From positions 5,590-69,589 of the forward strand of contig JBKJKI010000140.1 of the NCBI GenBank assembly GCA_046597475.1: a DNA stretch of 64,000 nt, written 5' to 3'. The stretch is from Polaromonas sp. GTDB lineage: Bacteria; Pseudomonadota; Gammaproteobacteria; Burkholderiales; Burkholderiaceae_C. This document shows, in pieces, positions 10,664 to 20,506 of the stretch (positions are counted from its first letter, which is position 1; the number at the start of each line of letters is the position of its first letter). A program made the translations under genes and the position numbers. Under the pieces are notes generated by a model. It had not been told where the DNA came from. It saw only the letters and a list, made by a program, of their open reading frames with translations, and did not search any database.

Positions 10664-11542
10664 TCAGTTGGATGCGGCCGCTGCGGGCGCAGGCGCTGCG
10701 GCGCCAGCAACCGGTGCAGCGCCGAAATACTTGGTGTAGATCTGCTTGTAGGTGCCGTCGGCCTTGATCTCGCTCAGGCCCTTGTTGATTTTCTCCAGCA
10801 ACTCGGCATTGCCCTTCTTGACGGCGATGCCGTATTGCTCGGCGGCAAAGCTGCTGTCGCTGATGGTCTTGAACTTTGAGTCGGGGTTGTTGTTGACGTA
10901 ATGCACGACCACGCCGTTGTCGGCCACCACGGCATCAACGCCGCCGCCTTCGAGCTCTTTCAGCGCCAGCGGCGTGGACTCGAAGCGCTTGATGTTGGCG
11001 CTGTCCTTGCCCTGCAGCTTGGCGACTACCTCGTCGCCGGTGGTGCCGTTCTGCACGCCGACCTTGAGCTTTTTCAGGTCATTGAACTTGCTGATTATGG
11101 AGTCTTTTTTCACCGCGATCAGTTGCTGGGCATCGAAATACGGGGCGGAAAAGTCCAGCGTCTGCTTGCGCTCGGGCGTGATGGTGATGGACGAGACCAG
11201 CAGGTCGCGGTCACCCTGGGCGACCGAATTGAAGATGCCTTCCCAGGGCGTATTCACGAACTTGACTTCAAAACCGGCCTTCTGGGCAATCGCCTTGACC
11301 ACGTCAATGTCAAAACCGACGATTTCGCCCTTTTCATTTTGCAGCTCGAAGGGCGCATAGGCGGCGTCGGTGCCAACCACATACACCTTGGCGGCTGGCG
11401 CGGGCGCCGAGACGGCAGGCGCCGTGACCGGCGCACTGGCGCTGGGCGCCGCAGGCTCCTGCTTGCCGCAGGCCGCCAGCAGCAGGCCCGCGAGCAAGGT
11501 GCCGCCGGTTTGAAGAAAGTGTCGCGTGCTCATTGCAGCCAT
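10664..11542 (-). CDS. Basic/polar amino-acid ABC substrate-binding lipoprotein (SBP_bac_3)
   Basis: Lipobox LAAC, VGTDAAYAPFE, GFDIDV, ITITPER; GGAG SD. Confidence 0.88.
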   Translation of the reverse strand: MAAMSTRHFLQTGGTLLAGLLLAACGKQEPAAPSASAPVTAPAVSAPAPAAKVYVVGTDAAYAPFELQNEKGEIVGFDIDVVKAIAQKAGFEVKFVNTPWEGIFNSVAQGDRDLLVSSITITPERKQTLDFSAPYFDAQQLIAVKKDSIISKFNDLKKLKVGVQNGTTGDEVVAKLQGKDSANIKRFESTPLALKELEGGGVDAVVADNGVVVHYVNNNPDSKFKTISDSSFAAEQYGIAVKKGNAELLEKINKGLSEIKADGTYKQIYTKYFGAAPVAGAAAPAPAAAASN

Positions 11543-11657
11543 GAAAAAGCTCCCTGGAGAATTGAATGGAATGCGCCATAAACACGCTGGCAAGCCAGGG
11601 TTGCGCGCAATTGGACAAAAAAGTATAAGCGCCGGGCCCTTGCCGGCCCATCCCGGT

Positions 11658-12686
11658 TTACCCGGCTTGTTCCCCGGGCGAATGCCCGCGCATGGCCTCG
11701 ATCCGGTCCACATGGGCCTGCAGCGAGCGCAGGGCGATAGTCCACAGGCGCGGATCGGTGTCGTCATAGGCCAGCGCCACCCAGTCCTGCAGCGTGCCCC
11801 CGGGTTTCGCGTTCATGGCCGCCGCTACCCTGGCCTCGCGCTTGAGGCGGTGCGCCCTGAGCTGGGCAATCGCCTGCGGGGCTTCCCCCAGCACATGGCC
11901 GTGGGCCGGCAGGATGAAGTCGATTTCATGCTCGTCGCAGGCGCTGCTGAGCCGGTCCAGCGAGGCCAGGTAGGCGGTCATCTCGCCGTCCGGCGGGTTG
12001 ATGATGGTGGTGCTGCCATTGAGGATGTGGTCGCCCGAAAACAGCAAGCCGTCCTCAAGCAGCACCAGGCACACATGGTTGGCCGCGTGGCCGGGGGTGA
12101 AAATGACCTTCAGCGTGTGCGTCTCGCCCTGGCCGGCAAGCGCCAGCAGCTCCTGGTCCGACAGCGCCCGGTCGGGCACGAAATGCGAGTCCGCGCGCGC
12201 GCTGGCGGCGGATGGCAGGCCCAGAATGGGCGGGCGCGAGGCGCACAGCGCCTGCAGCGGCCGGGCGCCCGGTGAGTGGTCGGGGTGCGAATGGGTGCAG
12301 ACGATCGCCGCTATGCGCCCGCCCGTTGCCGCGTGCAGGCGCCCAATGTGCGCTTCATCGTTGGGGCCCGGGTCGATCACGATGTAGCCGCTGCCCGGCG
12401 TGCCGACGATGTAGCTGTTGGTGCCCGGGCCTGTCATCAGGCCGGGGTTGGGCGCGGTCAGGCGCATGACATTTTTCAGCAGCGCAACCGGTTTGTCGCA
12501 TTGCCAGTCAAGCGAGTGCACGATCTGGCCGTCGGGGCTGGTCAGCGCCAGTTCGCCGTAGGGCGAGTCATGTTGTAGGAAGTGCACTTGCTGACCGCCC
12601 CGCAGGCCGGTGCGCGGAAGCGGTGCGCCAAGCCGGACGGACGACGGGTCGGAGGGTGGATAGAGGAGTTGGGAGGGTCTGACCAT
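11658..12686 (-). CDS. MBL-fold metallo-hydrolase (LACTB2-like)
   Basis: [34 protein letters not shown]. Confidence 0.88.
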   Translation of the reverse strand: MVRPSQLLYPPSDPSSVRLGAPLPRTGLRGGQQVHFLQHDSPYGELALTSPDGQIVHSLDWQCDKPVALLKNVMRLTAPNPGLMTGPGTNSYIVGTPGSGYIVIDPGPNDEAHIGRLHAATGGRIAAIVCTHSHPDHSPGARPLQALCASRPPILGLPSAASARADSHFVPDRALSDQELLALAGQGETHTLKVIFTPGHAANHVCLVLLEDGLLFSGDHILNGSTTIINPPDGEMTAYLASLDRLSSACDEHEIDFILPAHGHVLGEAPQAIAQLRAHRLKREARVAAAMNAKPGGTLQDWVALAYDDTDPRLWTIALRSLQAHVDRIEAMRGHSPGEQAG

Positions 12687-12696
12687 GGGGAATTAT

Positions 12697-12797
12697 GGCC
12701 CCCACGGTTGCTTACTGCGTGTAGCGCCCTGCCCCCCAAGGGGGCCACTGCGCCTGCGGCCCGGCAAAGCCGGTTCCGCGGCCCCTGCTGGCTTGAA
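12697..12797 (-). repeat. About 100-bp GC-rich palindromic element, left copy
   Basis: Reverse complement is closely similar to 13769-13865. Confidence 0.9.
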
Positions 12798-12869
12798 GAG
12801 CAAGCCCGGCGGAAAATTGGCCTGTCTCGCGAGACTTTTCCAGCGCCATGCAAAAGGGATAATGAAGAA

Positions 12870-13748
12870 ATGCGAATCCGATTTACCAAAATGCAGGGCG
12901 CGGGCAACGATTTCATCATGCTCGACGAAACCCGGGGGCTGCTCGGACTGACGACGGCGCAATACCGCTTTCTGGCCGACCGGCACTTTGGCGTGGGCGC
13001 CGACCAGATCCTGTCGGTCAGGCCCTCACCGGCGCCGGGCATTGACTTTGAGTACGTGATCCACAACGCCGACGGCGGCGAGGTCGAGCAATGCGGCAAC
13101 GGGGCGCGCTGCTTTGTGCGCTTTGTGCGCGAGCAGGGGCTGACCAGCAAGGACGCGGTGCGCGTCAAGACCCTGGGCGGCGTGATCGAGCCCCGCATGC
13201 AGGCCGACGGCCGCGTCACGGTCAACATGGGTGCGCCGGTGTTTGAACTTCCGCGCATTCCTTTTGATGCGGCCGGTTTGGCGCCGAAAAGCGTTGATTC
13301 ATGGCAAAAATGGCCGTTAGCCCTTGAAGGACGGTCGCAGTATGCTACTGTTTTGGTAGCGGTACTGTCCATGGGAAATCCCCATGCCGTGCAGCTGGTG
13401 GATGACGTGGACACCGCACCGGTGCTGGAAACCGGCCCGCTGATTGAAAACCATGCCTGTTTTCCAAATCGCGTCAACGCGGGCTTCATGCAGCTCGTCT
13501 CGCGCCAGCAGATCCGCCTGCGGGTGTACGAACGCGGTGCCGGCGAGACGCTGGCCTGCGGCACGGGCGCGTGTGCTGCGGTGGTGGCGGGCATACGCCT
13601 GGGTCTGCTCGATGGCCGGGTCGAGGTAGAGACGCGCGGCGGTTCTCTGACCATCGAATGGTCTGGCCAGCTCGATGCGCCTGTCATGATGACCGGGCCG
13701 GCGACCACCGTGTTTGACGCAGAGATTGAAATTCCGGACCGCCTTTAA
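12870..13748 (+). CDS. dapF: Diaminopimelate epimerase
   Basis: [39 protein letters not shown]. Confidence 0.96.
   Translation: MRIRFTKMQGAGNDFIMLDETRGLLGLTTAQYRFLADRHFGVGADQILSVRPSPAPGIDFEYVIHNADGGEVEQCGNGARCFVRFVREQGLTSKDAVRVKTLGGVIEPRMQADGRVTVNMGAPVFELPRIPFDAAGLAPKSVDSWQKWPLALEGRSQYATVLVAVLSMGNPHAVQLVDDVDTAPVLETGPLIENHACFPNRVNAGFMQLVSRQQIRLRVYERGAGETLACGTGACAAVVAGIRLGLLDGRVEVETRGGSLTIEWSGQLDAPVMMTGPATTVFDAEIEIPDRL
13306..13360 (+). repeat. 55-bp two-dyad motif, copy B (inside dapF)
   Basis: AAAAATGGCCGTTA-GCCCT-TGAAGGAC-GGTCGCAGTATGCTACTGTTTTGGTAGC. Confidence 0.7.
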
Positions 13749-13768
13749 GACACCGCTGGTCCATTCAG

Positions 13769-13865
13769 TTCAAGCAGGGGCCGCGGAACTGGCTTTGCCA
13801 GGCCGCAGGCGCAGCGGCCCCCTTGGGGGGCAGGAAGCGACACAAAGTGCGCGACCATGGGGGCC
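13769..13865 (+). repeat. About 100-bp GC-rich palindromic element, right copy (inverted relative to the left)
   Basis: TTCAAGCAGGGGCCGCGGAACTGGCTTTGCCAGGCCGCAGGCGCAGCGGCCCCCTTGGGGGGCAGG...GGGGGCC. Confidence 0.9.
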
Positions 13866-13881
13866 TATTTACAATGCCAAC

Positions 13882-14571
13882 ATGAACCCAACCGAACATC
13901 CCATTACCGAAGACGATATCGCCAATTTCCTGGCCAATACGCCGGATTTCTTCGAGCGCCATGCCGAGTTGCTGGCCACGGTGCAGCTCTCCAGCGGCCA
14001 TGGCAGCCGCGCGGTCAGCCTGCAGGAGCGCCAGGCCGGCATGCTGCGCGAGAAGATCAAGGGCCTGGAGACGCGGGTGGTCGACATGATCCGTCATGGC
14101 CAGGACAACGAGGTGATTGCCGCCAGGATGCAGGCCTGGACGCGCGGGCTGCTGCAGACCGCCGATGCGCGCGACCTGCCCGCCGCCGTGGTGCAGGGCG
14201 TCACCAGCGGGTTTCAGCTGCCACAGGCGGCCATCAAGGTCTGGCACGTGAACGGCATTTTCTCGGGCGAAAGCTTTGCCACCGGGGTGAGCAGTGATGT
14301 GAAAACTTTCGCCGCCTCGCTGGAAGCGCCTTACTGCGGCGTCAATTCGGGCTTTGAGGCCGTGAACTGGCTGCCCGAGCCCGGGCTTGCCGTGTCGGTG
14401 GCGCTGATCCCGCTGCGCGCCGATGCGGCCAGCCGGGTGTCCGGCCTGCTGGTGCTGGCGTCGCCTGATCCCGAGCGCTTTGACAGCGAGATGGGGACGG
14501 ATTTCCTGCAGACCCTGGGCGACCTGGCGGGTGCCGCCCTGTCGCGCCTGCGGGCTCAGACCGCAAGCTGA
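13882..14571 (+). CDS. DUF484 (YigA-like) protein
   Basis: IANFLANTPDFFERH, AVSLQERQ, MGTDFL; conserved dapF-DUF484-xerC order. Confidence 0.88.
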   Translation: MNPTEHPITEDDIANFLANTPDFFERHAELLATVQLSSGHGSRAVSLQERQAGMLREKIKGLETRVVDMIRHGQDNEVIAARMQAWTRGLLQTADARDLPAAVVQGVTSGFQLPQAAIKVWHVNGIFSGESFATGVSSDVKTFAASLEAPYCGVNSGFEAVNWLPEPGLAVSVALIPLRADAASRVSGLLVLASPDPERFDSEMGTDFLQTLGDLAGAALSRLRAQTAS

Positions 14572-14587
14572 CCTGGTCCACCACGCC

Positions 14588-15616
14588 ATGGCGCGCCTGT
14601 CCTCGCCAGCACCCGGGTCCGCCGCACCGCAGACGGATCCGGCACCCGATTCAAGCCCGCTGGTTGAACGCTACCTGGAGCATGTGCGTGTGGAAAAGCG
14701 CCTGGCCCTGCGCACCGTCGAGCTCTATGCCGCAGACCTGCAAAAACTGCAGGCACAGGCGCACGCGGCCGGTGTCGCGCTGACAGCGGTGCATACCACC
14801 CACCTGAGGCGCTGGGTGGCCCAGATGCACAGCGCTGGCCGCAGCGGGCGCGGCATCGCGCTGATCCTGTCGGGCTGGCGTGGCTTTTACACCTGGCTGG
14901 GCCGCGAGGGCCTGGTGAGCGGCAACCCGGCCCAGGATGTGCGCGCGCCCAAGGCCGCCAAACCGCTGCCCAAGGCGCTGAGCGTGGACGAGGCGGTGCA
15001 GCTGGCGAGCTACCAGGGCCCGGAAACCGCTGCCGACCCGCAGCTTGAAGCGCGCGACCGCTGCATCACCGAATTGCTTTATGGCTGCGGCCTGCGCATC
15101 GCCGAGCTGGTGGGTCTTGATGTGCGGGCCAGCGCCACGGCCAGCGGCTGGGTCGACATGGACGCGGCCGAAGCCCATGTGCTGGGCAAGGGCGGCAAGC
15201 GCCGCAGCGTGCCGGTGGGGCGGGCGGCGCTGCTGTCGCTGCAGCAGTGGCTGGCGCTGCGCGCGGACTGGGCCCATGACGGCCAAGCGCTCTTCATCAA
15301 CCAGCGCGGCACGCGGCTCACGCCGCAGCATATCCGGGTGCGGCTCAGGCGGCGCTCCCAGCTGGCCGGGCTGGCGACACCGGTACACCCGCACATGCTG
15401 CGCCACTCCTTTGCCAGCCACGTCCTGCAGTCCAGCGGCGACCTGCGCGCGGTGCAGGAGTTGCTGGGCCACGCCAACATCACCACCACGCAGGTCTATA
15501 CGCGGCTTGATTTCCAGCATCTGGCCAAGGTGTATGACGCGGCCCATCCGCGCGCCCACGCCAGCGGGCGGGGCCCGGCGGCGCCCGCAGCCGGCAAGGA
15601 CGAGCCGGAAACCTGA
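14588..15616 (+). CDS. xerC: Tyrosine recombinase XerC
   Basis: GLRIAEL, GKGGKRR, HPHMLRHSFA, LLGH, TTQVY; housekeeping synteny. Confidence 0.9.
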   Translation: MARLSSPAPGSAAPQTDPAPDSSPLVERYLEHVRVEKRLALRTVELYAADLQKLQAQAHAAGVALTAVHTTHLRRWVAQMHSAGRSGRGIALILSGWRGFYTWLGREGLVSGNPAQDVRAPKAAKPLPKALSVDEAVQLASYQGPETAADPQLEARDRCITELLYGCGLRIAELVGLDVRASATASGWVDMDAAEAHVLGKGGKRRSVPVGRAALLSLQQWLALRADWAHDGQALFINQRGTRLTPQHIRVRLRRRSQLAGLATPVHPHMLRHSFASHVLQSSGDLRAVQELLGHANITTTQVYTRLDFQHLAKVYDAAHPRAHASGRGPAAPAAGKDEPET

Positions 15617-15641
15617 GCTGGCAGCGCCGGCTCAGGCCGCT

Positions 15642-17390
15642 TCAAGCCGCTTCAGCCAGAGACGCGCGCCGCGAGAAGCTGGGTTTGAGCACCTCGCCCA
15701 GCATGAAAACCTTGCGCCTGCTGCGCGCCGGGATGGTGGCCAGGCGCTCTTCGAGTTGCGTCAGGAGATCCTCCGCGCCCACCCTCCGATGGGGCACGAG
15801 CGCATACACCACATGCACCTGGGCCACGCAGTCCGGCGGCAAGTCCTTGTAGGGCATGAGGCAGCGCGCCACGATGCGCGGGCCCAGGCTGGCGGCTTCC
15901 CCGGCACTGAACGGGCCCTCCACCAGCATGCCAAAGCGCCGCTCCGACAGGCGCGCCGCGCTGTCGATCTCACGGGCGGTGGAAAGCAGGCGCTGGGCCA
16001 CGCGCAGCGGCAACTCGTCGGCTGCCCTGCGTCCGAAATCGCGCTGCACCTGTTCGGTGTTGATCACATCGATCAGCATGACCGCGCTCTGGTGATGCAG
16101 CCGGTCCGAGCGCGCAATCATGCGCAGCAGGCGGGCGGAGAAGACATGCGCGTTGATCAGTCCGGTGCTCGGATCCATCCGGTCCAGGCCCTGGATGCGG
16201 CGTATGTTTTCGCGCCGGTGCTGGCTGCGCAGCATCAGCACCACCATGACGACCGGCAGGTTCAGGGCCACCGCGATCTGCATGCCGTATTGCGTGAAGA
16301 AGTCGGCAGTCAGCCAGCCGCTGGTGCCCGCCAGCGTCAGGCTCGCGGCGATCAATAGCGGCAGGTAAGAGAGCAGCAGCCACGGCGCAAAACGGTCACC
16401 GCGTCGCCAGACCCAGACCAGGGCGAAAATTCCGCTGAGTTCGAGCAGCAGCAAGGCGGGAATGACCAGTTCCATGCGCGATGCTGCCGGCACCCACGCC
16501 AGCCCGACGGCCGCCGCAAGACCGGCCGTTGCCAGCCCCCTCATGAGCAGGTGCAGCCGCCGTGAGCGTTCCGGCAGCGCCACCGCGGTCGAGATGAACA
16601 GCAGCGTGCTTGATACCGTCAGCATGGGCAGCACGGCGGAGGAAATGTCATTCCACCAGGGCCAGTCCGGCCACAGATGCAGCCCCGCGATGCCGGTGAT
16701 GCTGGCCTGGGTCAGAGCCATCAGGGTGACGCAGAGCGCATAAAACCCATAGACACTGTCCCGCAGCGACACGGCGCTGAGCGCGGAAATCAGGGCCGCA
16801 AGACCGGTCAGCCCGAAGAAAATCCCCAGGATCAGGGACACACGCTGCTCCGAGTGGCTCAGGCGAGCCTCGCTGATGAACTGCAGGGGCGCACTGAACG
16901 CATGGCCGTTTTCCAGCCTCAGCAGGTATTTGGTCGGCACTTCGGCGGACAGGGCAATCGGCAGCAGCGGATGGCGGTGCGGCACCGGCCATTGGCTCAC
17001 CGCGACCAGGTCACCCGCCCGCTGCTCATTCCACTGGCCGGCGCCGTCCAGCGTGTACAGGGATGCCCGGTCCAGGGCCGGATAAGGCACTTCGAGATAC
17101 CAGCGCTCGGCATCGGGTGCGGGCGGCACGTTCAGGCGAATCCACACGGCCTGGCCGCTCGTGACCGGGTAGATGAGCTTCTTGCCGGTGGGTTGCCAGG
17201 GGAGGGACTCATGGCGGGCAAGCTGCCCGGCCGTGAGGCTGCCGCTGCTGTCTATCCAGTAGTCCCCCCAGTCCTGCAAGGCCACCGGCTGGGCGCGGGT
17301 ATCCAGGTCAAGCACGGTGCGCGAACGCGCTTCAGGGCTGGCCAGCGCCAGCAGCAAGCCGGCCAGCGCGCTCATGGCGGCCCATGCCAT
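15642..17390 (-). CDS. 7TMR-DISMED2/7TM-DISM sensor with degenerate GGDEF domain
   Basis: Signal peptide, DISMED2-like AVWIRL..WYLEVPYPALD, seven hydrophobic segments, DPSTGLIN, active site reads SERRF; start uncertain. Confidence 0.8.
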   Translation of the reverse strand: MAWAAMSALAGLLLALASPEARSRTVLDLDTRAQPVALQDWGDYWIDSSGSLTAGQLARHESLPWQPTGKKLIYPVTSGQAVWIRLNVPPAPDAERWYLEVPYPALDRASLYTLDGAGQWNEQRAGDLVAVSQWPVPHRHPLLPIALSAEVPTKYLLRLENGHAFSAPLQFISEARLSHSEQRVSLILGIFFGLTGLAALISALSAVSLRDSVYGFYALCVTLMALTQASITGIAGLHLWPDWPWWNDISSAVLPMLTVSSTLLFISTAVALPERSRRLHLLMRGLATAGLAAAVGLAWVPAASRMELVIPALLLLELSGIFALVWVWRRGDRFAPWLLLSYLPLLIAASLTLAGTSGWLTADFFTQYGMQIAVALNLPVVMVVLMLRSQHRRENIRRIQGLDRMDPSTGLINAHVFSARLLRMIARSDRLHHQSAVMLIDVINTEQVQRDFGRRAADELPLRVAQRLLSTAREIDSAARLSERRFGMLVEGPFSAGEAASLGPRIVARCLMPYKDLPPDCVAQVHVVYALVPHRRVGAEDLLTQLEERLATIPARSRRKVFMLGEVLKPSFSRRASLAEAA

Positions 17391-17593
17391 GGCCCGAAAA
17401 AGCGGGGCGAAAGGCCTGCAATTTATCGAGGTTGCAAAAAAATACTTATAAATCATTAATTTACGATTGTCGCAAAATTCCTGGGGCTATTGCCGTGGCC
17501 GCTCAGGGTCGGGCAGCCACATGCGGCAAGGCACGGGCGAGGCGCGCGAAGTTGCCTGCTACCAGTGGCATCGGCCAGCCGCGACAATGCAGC

Positions 17594-18793
17594 ATGAAAA
17601 TACTACGACTGAGGGATGGCAAGGAACGCTCATTGCGGCGCCGTCACCCCTGGATTTTTGACGGTGCGATTGCCAGCGGCGGCGGCGATGCGGGGGAAAC
17701 GGTGCGGGTGGAGAGCCACGAGGGCAGGTTCCTCGCGTGGGCCGCTTTCAGCCCGCGCTCCAGGATTCGCGCCCGGGTCTGGAGTTTCGACGAGGCGCAG
17801 CGCATCGACGCGCCCTTCTTTGCCGCGCGCATTGCCGCGGCAATCAGGGCGCGAGGGCGCTTTGACATCCAGAGCGACGGACTCAGGCTGATTCACGGCG
17901 AGTCCGACGGGCTGCCCGGCGTGGTGGTGGACCGTTACGCTGACACGCTGGTGGCGCAGTTTTCAAGCTGTGGCGCCGAGAAGTGGAAAAGCGTGATTGT
18001 CCAGGCCCTGCTGGCGCAAACCGGCTTGAGCCGTCTGTATGAGCGCTCCGACGCCAGCGTTCGCACGCTCGAAGGCCTGCCCGAAGCCACCGGCTGGCTG
18101 GAAGGGTCTGGCGATACAGGCATCACGATTTCGGAGCACGACTGGAAGCTGAGCCTGGACGTTGCCGAAGGCCATAAAACAGGCTTTTACCTGGACCAGC
18201 GCGACAGCCGTCAGAAGTTTGCCGCCTACACGCGTCGCCTCGGCTTCGGCGAGGTGCTCAATTGCTATTGCTACACCGGCGGGTTCACGGTGGCCGCGCT
18301 GGCTGGCGGGGCAGGGCATGTCACTTCGATCGACTCCTCGGGCCCGGCCATCGCCCGCGCGCAGGCCAACGTGGCCCTGAACGGTTTTGCCGCCAGTCGC
18401 ACCACCATGCTCGACGCCGACGTCAATGCGTCGCTGCGCCAGTACCTGAAGGAGGGCAGAGCCTTCGATGCCATCGTGCTTGACCCGCCGAAGTTTGCGC
18501 CGACCGTTGCCCATGCGGAAAGGGCGGCCCGTGCGTACAAGGACATCAACCGGCTCGCGCTTTCCATTCTGGCGCCTGACGGCGTGTTGTTCACCTATTC
18601 CTGCTCGGGCGGCATCAGCGCCGACCTGTTCCACAAGATCGTGGCGTCTGCGGGCAGCGATGCGGGCGTCGATGCCTTCATTTCGGAACGCATGGGCGGC
18701 GCGCCCGACCACCCTATGACCGTCGCTTTTCCGGAAGGCGAGTACCTCAAGGGCCTGGTGCTGGTCAAAAGGCGGGCCGATTCGGTGCTTTGA
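17594..18793 (+). CDS. rlmI: 23S rRNA m5C1962 methyltransferase (RlmI family)
   Basis: RRHPWIF PUA domain, GHKTGFYLDQR, VLDPPKF, PDHP. Confidence 0.85.
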   Translation: MKILRLRDGKERSLRRRHPWIFDGAIASGGGDAGETVRVESHEGRFLAWAAFSPRSRIRARVWSFDEAQRIDAPFFAARIAAAIRARGRFDIQSDGLRLIHGESDGLPGVVVDRYADTLVAQFSSCGAEKWKSVIVQALLAQTGLSRLYERSDASVRTLEGLPEATGWLEGSGDTGITISEHDWKLSLDVAEGHKTGFYLDQRDSRQKFAAYTRRLGFGEVLNCYCYTGGFTVAALAGGAGHVTSIDSSGPAIARAQANVALNGFAASRTTMLDADVNASLRQYLKEGRAFDAIVLDPPKFAPTVAHAERAARAYKDINRLALSILAPDGVLFTYSCSGGISADLFHKIVASAGSDAGVDAFISERMGGAPDHPMTVAFPEGEYLKGLVLVKRRADSVL

Positions 18794-18797
18794 GGGA

Positions 18798-18852
18798 GAA
18801 ATCGGGCGATTGTCCAGGTTGTGAGGCCATAGTTTGCTATCAAAATTATAGT
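18798..18852 (+). repeat. 55-bp two-dyad motif, copy C (intergenic)
   Basis: GAAATCGGGCGATT-GTCCA-GGTTGTGA-GGCCATAGTTTGCTATCAAAATTATAGT. Confidence 0.8.
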
Positions 18853-19079
18853 TGCCGAAAGGCCTGGTCCTGCGCGCCTTGCGGGTAGCCGGGCGGGTGA
18901 TTGCCTGGTCCGAGTCCGTCCACGGGGCCCTTCATGCCGGGCATTATTGGCAATGCGTCGCCAAGGGCTTGCAGGCCTCGCTAAACTCCCCAGCTTGAAG
19001 CCTGGAGTCCGCGGGCGCGAAGCGGCGCTGACGTCTGCAGGCCATTTCGACATTCCATCCGTTTTTTGAGGTAGGCACC

Positions 19080-20135
19080 ATGAGTTTGATTCCCGTCACC
19101 ATCCTGACCGGTTTTCTTGGGTCAGGCAAAACCACGCTGCTCAAGCGCGTGCTGACCGAAGCGCACGGGCAGAAGATTGCCGTCATCGAAAACGAGTTTG
19201 GCGAGGAAAACATCGACAACGAAATCCTCGTCAATGACACCCAGGAAAACATCATCCAGATGAACAATGGCTGCATTTGCTGCTCGATACGCGAGGATCT
19301 GCGTGAAACGCTGCAACTGCTGGCGGCCAAGAAGCGCAAGGGCCTGCTTGATTTTGAACGCGTGGTGATCGAAACCACCGGCCTGGCCGACCCCGGTCCG
19401 GTGGCTCAGACCTTTTTCATGGACGAGGAAATTGCCGAGCAGTACCTGCTCGACTCCATCCTGACGCTGGTTGATGCGAAACACGCACAGACCCAGCTCG
19501 ATGAGCGCCAGGAGGCACGCCGGCAAGTCGGTTTTGCCGACCAGATATTCATCAGCAAGACCGACCTGGTGGGCGCGGACGAAGTTCAGGCGCTGATGCA
19601 CCGCCTGACGCACATGAACCCGCGCGCGCCGCAAAAAGCCGTGCATTTTGGCGAAGTGCCGATTGCCGACGTGTTTGACCTGCGCGGCTTCAACCTCAAC
19701 GCCAAGCTCGACATCGACCCGGATTTCCTCAAGGCCGAGGACCATGAGGCGCACGACCATGATCATGTCCATGGCGAGCATTGCGACCACCCCTCCCATG
19801 CGCCCAGCGACGGGCATGGCCATCACCACCACCACGACGATGACGTCAAGAGCTTTGTCTTTCGCTCGGACAAGGCTTTCAGCCCCGCCAAGCTGGAAGA
19901 CTTCCTGGGCGCGGTGGTGAACATCTACGGCCCGCGCATGTTGCGCTACAAGGGGGTGCTCAACATGGAGGGCACCGAGCGCAAGGTGATTTTCCAGGGC
20001 GTGCATCAGCTCATGGGCAGCGACCTCGGCCCGGCCTGGGCGGAAGGCGAGGCGAAAAACAGCAAGATGGTTTTCATCGGCATCGACCTGCCGAAAGATA
20101 TTTTTGTCCAGGGGCTGGAGCAGTGCCTGGTTTGA
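19080..20135 (+). CDS. COG0523/CobW family metallochaperone GTPase
   Basis: GFLGSGKTT, NEFG, GCICC, ETTGLADP, His-rich linker, CobW_C RYKG. Confidence 0.92.
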   Translation: MSLIPVTILTGFLGSGKTTLLKRVLTEAHGQKIAVIENEFGEENIDNEILVNDTQENIIQMNNGCICCSIREDLRETLQLLAAKKRKGLLDFERVVIETTGLADPGPVAQTFFMDEEIAEQYLLDSILTLVDAKHAQTQLDERQEARRQVGFADQIFISKTDLVGADEVQALMHRLTHMNPRAPQKAVHFGEVPIADVFDLRGFNLNAKLDIDPDFLKAEDHEAHDHDHVHGEHCDHPSHAPSDGHGHHHHHDDDVKSFVFRSDKAFSPAKLEDFLGAVVNIYGPRMLRYKGVLNMEGTERKVIFQGVHQLMGSDLGPAWAEGEAKNSKMVFIGIDLPKDIFVQGLEQCLV

Positions 20136-20506
20136 GGTAGGCTGTTCGCAGGTTTGATACCGAGGGCCAGAGATTCCATGATTGTCTCGCTTTTCCAACG
20201 GATGGTGTCTGCAACGGTAGCCCGCATCGAGGGGCCGTTACAATCGCGCGCCGACCACAATACCCGGAAACCTGAATCGGGAGGCCAGCCAGAGAGAAAT
20301 GAGGCCAGAGGGCGCGCCGACAGGGGCGCCGAAGGCCGCATGCAAGAGACTCGATCGGGTCAAACGATTCGGGCCGTGTCCAGGAATGGCGCGGCGGCAG
20401 ACACACCAGGAAATCTGGCAACAGCTAGGGCCGAATTGCCTGAAGGCGGTTTGGCAAAGAGCCGGCGCGGGGTCCATCCCAGGCCGCTTCCCAGAGGAGA
20501 GACATT

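Noticed and set aside
14588-15616. Tyrosine recombinase as a prophage or island integrase
   Set aside because: It sits in the canonical dapF-DUF484-xerC arrangement with no att sites or cargo; housekeeping XerC
18853-19079. Zur box or cobalamin riboswitch upstream of the COG0523 gene
   Set aside because: No convincing palindrome or B12-box sequence visible by eye
19740-19845. CAC/CAT/GAC-rich low-complexity stretch
   Set aside because: It encodes the usual His-rich linker of COG0523 proteins
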